64,000 nucleotides of DNA from an uncultured Phocaeicola sp. (GTDB lineage: Bacteria > Bacteroidota > Bacteroidia > Bacteroidales > Bacteroidaceae): positions 39,355 through 103,354 of the forward strand of contig CALUJE010000005.1 in assembly GCA_944320885.1 (NCBI GenBank). The letters are read 5' to 3'. Below, one piece after another: positions 57,117 to 64,000 of the stretch. Both the position numbers and the translations under genes were made by a program. Position 1 is the stretch's first letter. Each line of letters begins with the position of its first letter. The notes below the pieces were generated by a model that was given only the letters and a program-made list of their open reading frames with translations, had not been told where the DNA came from and ran no database searches.

Positions 57117-58217
57117 TTAAAATACCAGCCCAAATACTTTGAGCACAACCATTAACACAAGGATTAAAAGTGATGTAGGCATTAAATATTTCCACTCGAA
57201 GGTAAGTATCTGGTCGATACGCAAACGTGGGAATGTCCACTTAATCCACATCAGCAACCATACTACAAAGAAGGTCTTGATAAAGAACCATCCTACACCG
57301 GGAATATAGTCCATAATGTTGTTGAATGCATCAAGGCCTGCTATGTGGAACGGCATCCATCCTCCCAGGAAGAGGGTTGAAGCTATACCGGCTGTGATAA
57401 ACAGGTTCAGGTATTCGGCCAGGTAGAAGAATCCGAAGTGAAGACCGGAATATTCGGTATGATAACCGGCTGTCAACTCCTGTTCTGCTTCAGCAAGGTC
57501 GAACGGACCACGGTTGGCTTCGGCGTTACCTGCAATGAGGAATACTACGAATGCCAGAATTGCGGGAATGTGACCTTTGAAAATGTTCCATCCGTTGGCT
57601 TGCGCTTCAACAATACCGCTGATGCTGGCTGTTTCGCTCAATACTACCATTGCCAGAACGGTAATACCCATTGAAAGTTCGTAGCTGATAATCATGGCTC
57701 CACTACGAACGGCACCAATCATGGTATATTTGTTGTTACTACTCCAACCGGCAAGCAGGATACCTACTACACCAATGGAAGAAGCGGCCAATACGAACAG
57801 TACGCCAATGTTCATGTCGAGAATCTGTGCACCCTTGTTCCATGGCAGACATGAGAATGTCAGGATTGAAGCCAGGATTACCAGATAGGGAGCCAGGTCA
57901 TACAAAAAGTTATCCGAGTTTTTCAGACGGATAATTTCCTTGGTAAGGATTTTCAATACGTCGGCCGGTACTTGCAGCAAACCGCCTTTACCACCTACAC
58001 GGTTCGGTCCGATACGGCATTGGAAAGCTGCACAGACTTTACGCTCCATATAGATAAGTACAATAGCGAGAACAGCATACAGTGCCACGACGATAACGCC
58101 TATTACTACACACTCGATAAAGATGGCAAGAGCTTCGGGCATAACGCTGCATAAAGTCTCGTGAATCCAGTTGGTAACAGGCTGAATGCTATAATAATCT
58201 AAAAATGAAGTATTCAT
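57117..58217 (-). CDS. nuoH: NADH-quinone oxidoreductase subunit H
   Basis: 366 aa, [18 protein letters not shown] and [17 protein letters not shown] signatures. Confidence 0.93.
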   Translation of the reverse strand: MNTSFLDYYSIQPVTNWIHETLCSVMPEALAIFIECVVIGVIVVALYAVLAIVLIYMERKVCAAFQCRIGPNRVGGKGGLLQVPADVLKILTKEIIRLKNSDNFLYDLAPYLVILASILTFSCLPWNKGAQILDMNIGVLFVLAASSIGVVGILLAGWSSNNKYTMIGAVRSGAMIISYELSMGITVLAMVVLSETASISGIVEAQANGWNIFKGHIPAILAFVVFLIAGNAEANRGPFDLAEAEQELTAGYHTEYSGLHFGFFYLAEYLNLFITAGIASTLFLGGWMPFHIAGLDAFNNIMDYIPGVGWFFIKTFFVVWLLMWIKWTFPRLRIDQILTFEWKYLMPTSLLILVLMVVLKVFGLVF

Positions 58218-58259
58218 TGTTCTTGTTTTTACAATCTAAATTCATTATTCTTTTTCCGT

Positions 58260-59879
58260 TTATCGGTCGATATCGGGAATTACGAAGTCCATACTTGCAC
58301 CGATGGCAATCAAGTCGGCAAGCTTCTCGCCTCGGCAAACCGAATCAAGAGCATGTACCAGCGGCAAACCGGTAGAACGGTAGTGCAGACGGTAAGGACT
58401 CTTGTCACCGTGGCTCTCAAGGAATACGCCAAATTCACCACGGCTGCTTTCAACCGAAGCTGAATAGTTTCCTTCAGGAATACGGATGATAGGTTTCGTC
58501 TTGACGCGATATTCACCTTCTGGAATGTTGTCAATCAATTGCTCGATGATGTGCATAGACTCCATGATTTCGTCCATACGAACCATGTAACGGGCAAAGC
58601 TGTCACCTTCTGTATAAACGATTTCCTTAAAGTCTACCTTGTCATACATTGCATACGGATGATGCTTACGCACGTCGTTTGACCAGCCTGAAGCACGTCC
58701 GGTACCACCGGTTGTAGCATAAGAAATAGCGTCTTCGCGACTCAGCACACCAACACCTTTCAGACGGGTAGTAGCAATAACGTTTCCGGTAAATATTTCA
58801 TGATATTCGTGGATGATGCCACGCATATGCTTGATGAACTCTTTTACTTTCTTCTGGAAATCCGGATGAAGGTCTGCCTGTACACCACCAATCATGTTGT
58901 AGTTCTGTATCAGACGTCCGCCGGTAGTTTCTTCAAAGATATCAAGTACCATTTCACGTTCACGGAATCCGTAGAAGAACGGAGTAAATCCTCCCATATC
59001 AAGTACCAGACAAGAATAGAACAGCAAGTGTGAGTCAATACGTTGCAGCTCATCCATGATAGTACGTATATACTGGGCGCGCTCAGAGATTTCGATACCT
59101 GCAGCCTTTTCAATACACATACACAGTGCATGGCGGCTCTGGTGTGCGCTCAAGTAGTCCAAACGGTCGGTAAGTGCCAGTGTCTGGGGGTAGGTGAGGC
59201 TTTCGTTCATTTTTTCAATACCGCGGTGGATGTATCCGCATACGGGATCTACTTTCTTTACGGTTTCGCCGTCGAGAGCAGTACGCAAGCGAAGTGCACC
59301 GTGAGTTGAAGGGTGCTGAGGACCTATGTTGACAACGAAATCTTCCGGATTGAATACCACATTGTGTTTGCAGCTGAGAGTGCCGTCAGGATTGAGGCTG
59401 TATTCTTCAGTTGTATCGGCATTCACCTCGTTGCTCATGTTGAGCTCGTTTGATTTCAAATCGTAATCTTTACGCATGGGGAATCCTACCCAGTCTTCAC
59501 GCAGGAAAAGACGGCGCATGTCCGGATTTCCGATAAACTTGATACCGAAGAAGTCGAATGCTTCACGTTCTTTGATGATGGCGGTTTTCCACAGATCACT
59601 TACGCTGGGCAACATCGGGTTCTCACGGTCAGAAGTTTCCGTTCTCAATACGATTCTGTTGTGCGAGGTGGTTGATTCGAGATAGTAAAGTGCACCCAAT
59701 GTCTCACCCCAATCCATACCAACGATTTCACGCAGGTAGTCCATTGCATCTTCCTTGTCATAACGGAGTGCTTCTGCCACTTTGTGTAGTGAGTCGGCCG
59801 GAACAACGGCAATCAAATCGCCTTGTTCTTTAAATTCCGCATTAGGAACAATGTTCGAAATTTTATTTTTAATATCCAT
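58260..59879 (-). CDS. nuoCD: Fused NADH-quinone oxidoreductase subunits C and D
   Basis: N-terminal NuoC-like part (EREAFDFFGIKFIGNPDMRRL) joined to NuoD (NIGPQHPSTHGALRL...DFVIPDIDR) in one 539-aa ORF. Confidence 0.92.
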   Translation of the reverse strand: MDIKNKISNIVPNAEFKEQGDLIAVVPADSLHKVAEALRYDKEDAMDYLREIVGMDWGETLGALYYLESTTSHNRIVLRTETSDRENPMLPSVSDLWKTAIIKEREAFDFFGIKFIGNPDMRRLFLREDWVGFPMRKDYDLKSNELNMSNEVNADTTEEYSLNPDGTLSCKHNVVFNPEDFVVNIGPQHPSTHGALRLRTALDGETVKKVDPVCGYIHRGIEKMNESLTYPQTLALTDRLDYLSAHQSRHALCMCIEKAAGIEISERAQYIRTIMDELQRIDSHLLFYSCLVLDMGGFTPFFYGFREREMVLDIFEETTGGRLIQNYNMIGGVQADLHPDFQKKVKEFIKHMRGIIHEYHEIFTGNVIATTRLKGVGVLSREDAISYATTGGTGRASGWSNDVRKHHPYAMYDKVDFKEIVYTEGDSFARYMVRMDEIMESMHIIEQLIDNIPEGEYRVKTKPIIRIPEGNYSASVESSRGEFGVFLESHGDKSPYRLHYRSTGLPLVHALDSVCRGEKLADLIAIGASMDFVIPDIDR

Positions 59880-59888
59880 AATTCAAAA

Positions 59889-60476
59889 TTACTCTTCAAC
59901 AGGTTTGGGTTGTTTACGGTTCACACCGCCAAAGAAATTCTCCAGCTTGATTTTACGTTGCAACTGCATCAGTCCGTAATAAAATGCTTCCGGACGTGGA
60001 GGGCATCCTGGAATGTATACGTCTACCGGAATGATTTTGTCTATTCCGTTCACAACGTGATACGATTTGCGGAAAGGTCCTCCTGATATGGTACATCCAC
60101 CTACAGCTACCACATACTTAGGCTCGGCAATCTGGTCGTACAAACGCTTCATCAGCGGGGCCATCTTGTTGGTGATGGTACCCAATACCAGCATGACGTC
60201 GGCCTGACGTGGAGAGTTACGGGTAACCTCAAAACCAAAACGGGCCATGTCGTAACGTGCTGCACCCAGTGTCATGAACTCAATGGCACAACAACTGGTA
60301 CCCAACAGGAATGACCAGATGGAGTTGCTTCGTCCCCAGTCAATCAGTTGGTCGGCTGTAGTAACTACTACGTTCGTGCCGTTAGCATTCAGTTCTTTGA
60401 CCATTTCTTCGAGGTAGTCATTGTTCTTGAACTCCTCGTACTTCATGCTTCTGATCTTCGGTTCTCTCATTCCCAT
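59889..60476 (-). CDS. nuoB: NADH-quinone oxidoreductase subunit B
   Basis: N2-cluster cysteines in GTSCCAIEF, ...GGC... and PGCPPRPE. Overlaps the nuoA end by 10 nt if the longest start is used. Confidence 0.92.
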   Translation of the reverse strand: MGMREPKIRSMKYEEFKNNDYLEEMVKELNANGTNVVVTTADQLIDWGRSNSIWSFLLGTSCCAIEFMTLGAARYDMARFGFEVTRNSPRQADVMLVLGTITNKMAPLMKRLYDQIAEPKYVVAVGGCTISGGPFRKSYHVVNGIDKIIPVDVYIPGCPPRPEAFYYGLMQLQRKIKLENFFGGVNRKQPKPVEE

Positions 60477-60817
60477 TTCAACGCTCCTTTCTTCCAGGCA
60501 TAAGCCAGACCTAAGATTAATACTACTAAAAAGAAAATAACGCTTACCAGGCCATAAATACCTACTTCACCTACCACGGCTGCCCATGGGAAGAGGAATA
60601 CTGTTTCGATGTCGAACATCAGGAACAGTATGGCAAACAGGTAATAACCAACTTTGAATTGCATTTGTGAACGTCCGCGTGTAGGAAGACCACACTCATA
60701 AGGTTCCGCTTTCTGTTTGTTATAAGAGCGCGGAGCTATCAGTTTGGCAACGCATACACCGGCTGCTACCAATGCAAACGCAGTTAAAATTACGGTAATT
60801 AATAATGTAAAATACAT
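60467..60817 (-). CDS. nuoA: NADH-quinone oxidoreductase subunit A
   Basis: 116 aa, three TM segments, YECG and FDIE..FLFPWA motifs. Confidence 0.92.
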   Translation of the reverse strand: MYFTLLITVILTAFALVAAGVCVAKLIAPRSYNKQKAEPYECGLPTRGRSQMQFKVGYYLFAILFLMFDIETVFLFPWAAVVGEVGIYGLVSVIFFLVVLILGLAYAWKKGALKWE

Positions 60818-60881
60818 GTTTTAATTATTAGGTTATTGATAAATAATTAACGAATAGAATAGTGTGTTTGCTATGATGATT

Positions 60882-61202
60882 CTAAATCAGATAGCAGCAG
60901 TAAAGTATAAACTGGTTCTTTGAGATGAAGTTGCCGTATGTATGTAGCAGATAGTTGATGGATGAAGAATGGCAACTTCTATACTGATAATTAAAAAATC
61001 GTTGGATATAGCGGCTGTGATGGGCTTCCAGAATATTTTTCAGCTGATTCAACTGGCCTGCCTGGGTTATCACATGTTGGTTTGTAGTGGGAGATAAAGG
61101 CTTGTTGTATGGGTATATAGCACGTTGCTTCCCTATTGATATGCTTGTTATAAGCAACAACAGGAAACCGGGCAATAATAAATATTTAACGCCTTTGACC
61201 AT
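60882..61202 (-). CDS. Hypothetical small protein with one N-terminal TM segment, upstream of nuoA
   Basis: 106-aa ORF. LLLPGFLLLLITSISIG hydrophobic segment. A consensus -7 box lies 23 nt upstream. 64 nt separate its stop from nuoA. Confidence 0.45.
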   Translation of the reverse strand: MVKGVKYLLLPGFLLLLITSISIGKQRAIYPYNKPLSPTTNQHVITQAGQLNQLKNILEAHHSRYIQRFFNYQYRSCHSSSINYLLHTYGNFISKNQFILYCCYLI

Positions 61203-61224
61203 CTCTACTACTACATTTGAGTCG

Positions 61225-61232
61225 CAAAGATA
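61225..61232 (-). promoter_or_regulatory. Candidate -7 box (TATCTTTG on the minus strand), possible nuo operon promoter
   Basis: Matches TAnnTTTG. About 23 nt upstream of the ATG at 61202. No such box was seen in the 64 bp directly upstream of nuoA. Confidence 0.4.
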
Positions 61233-61449
61233 GGCACTAATATTGAATTAGCATATTAAATTTTTCGTTTTTTTTATAGGAAGAACCGTTTTTTATTGAA
61301 TACATTTTGAAAAAGAAAATGCTCTGGGAATACTCCTTTTTATTATAGGATATTGTTTTTTTATTTTTATATGTTTATTTTTCGAAGCATTTTGTCATTT
61401 TTATAAGAACTTTTTGATTGTATTTTTAGTATGAATACTTCATTTTTTA

Positions 61450-61457
61450 TAAATTTG
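61450..61457 (+). promoter_or_regulatory. Candidate -7 box (TAAATTTG) for the acyltransferase gene
   Basis: Matches TAnnTTTG. About 36 nt upstream of the ATG at 61493. Confidence 0.4.
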
Positions 61458-61492
61458 TAGCTGATGTCTAACATTGTTATGATTTGGTAAAA

Positions 61493-62140
61493 ATGAATGT
61501 TCTGAAGACGATTTTGATAAACTTAAAACTTTTTTCTATTCCCATTGCATTACGCTTTCCTATAAAGGTTTATGGAAATATAAAACTATCGGTTGTTCGT
61601 CGAGGAAGTGTTGTCTTTACTTGTCCTGTTAAAGCTGGTATTATTAAGTTGGGACAGAATTATGTTGGTACAATAGATGATAAGTATTTACGTACAGTGT
61701 GGATGGTTGGTGGTACTATTATTGTACATGGAAAGGTTAATGTAGGAGCAGGATGTGCTATTAATGTTGATGGAAATGCAGTTCTTGAATTAGGTGATAA
61801 ATTTTTTATTACGGGTCGCTCTACAATTATAGCCCGAAAAAAAGTAGTTTTTGGAAAGCAATGTCTTGTTTCATGGAATGTTCAGATAATGGATACTGAT
61901 TTTCATTCCATTTTTGATTCATCTTCTTTATATATTAATGAAGATAAGCCTATTTATGTGGGAAATAAAGTGTGGATAGGATGTAATAGTAGCATATTAA
62001 AAGGAGTTACTATAGGCAATGATGTTGTGATAGCGGCGGGTACAGTTGTAACTAAAAATATATTGTCTTCAGGTGTTGTATATGGAGGAGTAGGAAAAGA
62101 TGGAAATATACTGAGAATGGGTATAACGTGGAAACCATAA
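61493..62140 (+). CDS. Hexapeptide-repeat (LbH) O-acyltransferase, sugar/xenobiotic acetyltransferase-like
   Basis: Hexapeptide repeats: VGNKVWIGCNSSILKGVTIGNDVVIAAGTVVTKN. AT-rich gene flanked by AT-rich non-coding DNA. ATG 61493 (ORF maximum TTG 61484). Confidence 0.8.
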   Translation: MNVLKTILINLKLFSIPIALRFPIKVYGNIKLSVVRRGSVVFTCPVKAGIIKLGQNYVGTIDDKYLRTVWMVGGTIIVHGKVNVGAGCAINVDGNAVLELGDKFFITGRSTIIARKKVVFGKQCLVSWNVQIMDTDFHSIFDSSSLYINEDKPIYVGNKVWIGCNSSILKGVTIGNDVVIAAGTVVTKNILSSGVVYGGVGKDGNILRMGITWKP

Positions 62141-62314
62141 TAAGAATTCTTTGAAAATATTATCAAAAAGCCATTTAGATTTTAATAATATCTTAATTTT
62201 TGTGGTTGTAGTTTTTATCAGTCTGTATATAATATTGGGAAAGAGATTATTATGCGATTTTTAATATAATTGAACATTTATTCTCTAAAAAATATTGGTA
62301 TCTAATTAGTCCTT

Positions 62315-63769
62315 TTAATGCTTCTTCCAAAATTCGGGACTTAAAATCAGCAGAACAGAAAATATTTCCAGACGTCCTATCAACATCAGAGCCGAGCATC
62401 CCCATTTGGCTGCATCGGGGAGAGCGTTCCATGTATAGGCAGGACCGTATTTTCCCAGACCCGGTCCTACGTTTCCCAAGCTTGAAAGGGTGACGCTGAA
62501 AGCTTCCATAAAGTTAACGCCTACCGTGAGCATATACAACCATCCAAACAGGAAAATGGTGATATATACAAAGAAGAAAGCCAGCAAGGAGTTTTTTATT
62601 TCAGCCTGTATGACTATACCGTTTACGCGAAGAGGCAATACGGCATTGGGATGAAGCATGTGTTTGAAATGATTCTTGACTATCTTGAACAGCATGGCTA
62701 TACGTATGCATTTGATAGCACCCGTAGTAGACCCGGCACATGCTCCGATAATCATCGCAAAACATAGTACCAGCCAGGTACACGACGGCCATAGCATGTA
62801 ATCTGCAGTTCCGAATCCAGTTGTAGTCTGAAGACTGACAACCTGAAATGCAGCCAGTCGGAAACACTGTTCAAGATTCATTGATGTAGAAAGCATCAGT
62901 GCAATGGTAATAAACGCAATAAAAGAACCGGCGCTTCCCATGTACCAGCGGAATTCCAGATCTTTCAGCAGTTTTACAGGCTGTTTCTTCAGAGTTGCTA
63001 CATATAATAAGGTAAAGTTGATACCCGATATGAACATGAACAAGGTTACAATGTACTCAATATAAGGTGAGTTGTATGCGGCAATACTGTTTTGTCTGAC
63101 AGAATATCCGCCGGTTGCGGCTGTTGACAATGAAGTACATATGCTGTCAAACCAAGGCATGTCTCCGGCAAGCAGCAACACGGTTTCAAGAATGGTTATG
63201 GTTATGTAGATAGTCCATATCCACTTGGCGGTAACGTCCAGACGCGGATGCAGTTTGCTGTGGGTGGGACCTGTTGTTTCTGCCGCAAACATTTTTATTC
63301 CACCGGAACCGAAAATAGGCAATACGGCGATGGTGAAAAATACAATACCCAAACCGCCCAGCCATTGGGTCAGGCTTCGCCAGAACAATATGCCGTGTGG
63401 CAGAGATTCAATGTTGTCAAGTATGGTGGCACCGGTAGTGGTAAATCCTGACATCGTTTCAAAAAAGGCATTGGCAACACTTTGGGTGTAATTTCCTATT
63501 ACGTAAGGCAGCATACCCAGTGTGGTAAATGACAGCCATGACAGTGTGACGATGATATATCCGTCTTTGCGGCTGATCTTATTGCTCGCGTTTTTTCCAA
63601 TAAAAAACAGTATAAGGCCAATGAAAGCCGTGATTCCAGCCGATACGACAAACGGAACCAGGTCATTCTCTTTATAGTAAAGGGGAAATGCTGCACATCC
63701 CAGCAAAAACAATGCTTCGATGGACAACAGTATGCCCAATATTTTTGATACGATTTTCAGGTTAATCAT
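62315..63769 (-). CDS. trkH: TrkH family potassium uptake protein
   Basis: 484-aa polytopic protein with repeated selectivity-filter-like TTGF/TGG segments (SGFTTTGAT, AATGGYS, TTTGFGT, LGNVGPG). Confidence 0.92.
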   Translation of the reverse strand: MINLKIVSKILGILLSIEALFLLGCAAFPLYYKENDLVPFVVSAGITAFIGLILFFIGKNASNKISRKDGYIIVTLSWLSFTTLGMLPYVIGNYTQSVANAFFETMSGFTTTGATILDNIESLPHGILFWRSLTQWLGGLGIVFFTIAVLPIFGSGGIKMFAAETTGPTHSKLHPRLDVTAKWIWTIYITITILETVLLLAGDMPWFDSICTSLSTAATGGYSVRQNSIAAYNSPYIEYIVTLFMFISGINFTLLYVATLKKQPVKLLKDLEFRWYMGSAGSFIAFITIALMLSTSMNLEQCFRLAAFQVVSLQTTTGFGTADYMLWPSCTWLVLCFAMIIGACAGSTTGAIKCIRIAMLFKIVKNHFKHMLHPNAVLPLRVNGIVIQAEIKNSLLAFFFVYITIFLFGWLYMLTVGVNFMEAFSVTLSSLGNVGPGLGKYGPAYTWNALPDAAKWGCSALMLIGRLEIFSVLLILSPEFWKKH

Positions 63770-63806
63770 AGTTTATAGCTTTTTGCGTTCTTTATAGTGT
63801 TGTATT

Positions 63807-64000
63807 TTATATAAAGAACTTTTCTATTTTCTGCATGGTCATTCCAGTACAGAATACCACAACATGGTCTCCCGCCTGTAACTGGGTATTACCGGTTACC
63901 AGCGAACCTACTTTTTTGCGAATTACACCACCGATGTTTACACCTTTGGGGAGTCCGCAGTCCTTTACCAGATGTTTGGTTATTTTCGAACCTTCCTTTA
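63807..64000 (-). CDS. trkA: Trk system NAD-binding protein TrkA, C-terminal end (5' part outside the window)
   Basis: Minus-strand frame open to the window edge reads ...LPKGVNIGGVIRKKVGSLVTGNTQLQAGDHVVVFCTGMTMQKIEKFFI*, a TrkA_C/RCK pattern. The stop lies 37 nt upstream of trkH. Confidence 0.75.
   Translation of the reverse strand, partial: KEGSKITKHLVKDCGLPKGVNIGGVIRKKVGSLVTGNTQLQAGDHVVVFCTGMTMQKIEKFFI

Overview
This is a 64-kb chromosomal segment that looks like a Bacteroidaceae (Bacteroides/Phocaeicola-type) genome. The taxon call is an inference from four things: a SusC/SusD polysaccharide utilisation locus (PUL) with a hybrid two-component regulator (HTCS), a tmRNA tag GENNYALAA, TAnnTTTG -7 promoter boxes, and a nuo operon without nuoEFG.

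Gene order, left to right:
- 1-6.3 kb: housekeeping genes (2-hydroxyacid dehydrogenase fragment, secreted hypothetical, nnr, adk, obg, pgeF).
- 6.5-24.1 kb, all on the minus strand: a pectin/homogalacturonan-type PUL (HTCS, SusC, SusD, Fn3-repeat/beta-helix lipoprotein, CE8 pectinesterase, two tandem PL1 pectate lyases).
- 24.4-33.6 kb: tmRNA, rny, zapA, two small hypotheticals, a GH2 glycosidase, a Spy/CpxP-like periplasmic protein, mutS2, tRNA-Ser(UGA).
- 33.7-40.3 kb: a visibly AT-rich accessory block directly after tRNA-Ser, with no integrase. It carries a type-A chloramphenicol acetyltransferase, a frameshifted M28 peptidase, DUF2867-like and DUF3795-like genes, a Vat-type streptogramin acetyltransferase, a MATE pump and ydeI.
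- 40.5-50.7 kb: a second, GC-normal MATE pump, a DUF2130 protein, an orphan HExxH secreted protein, tRNA-Ser(CGA), hflX, a DUF4954-like protein, class I fumarate hydratase, a TlpA-like thiol-disulfide oxidoreductase.
- 50.9-64.0 kb: nuoA-B-CD-H-I-J-K-L-M-N, an AT-rich islet with a hexapeptide acyltransferase, trkH and the 3' end of trkA.

I saw no CRISPR array, rRNA, transposase, integrase or recognisable defence system.

The least-explained signals are non-coding:
- A phased array of four 22-bp units, each holding a 16-bp GC-rich palindrome, between the HTCS gene and susC.
- A phased array of four 21-22-bp direct repeats between tRNA-Ser(CGA) and hflX.
- A cluster of TGAAAC/GTTTCA half-sites upstream of the second MATE gene.
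- A modular AT-rich motif shared by two distant intergenic regions.

Family names (DUF numbers, CAZy families) come from recognising sequence motifs by eye. No database search was run.
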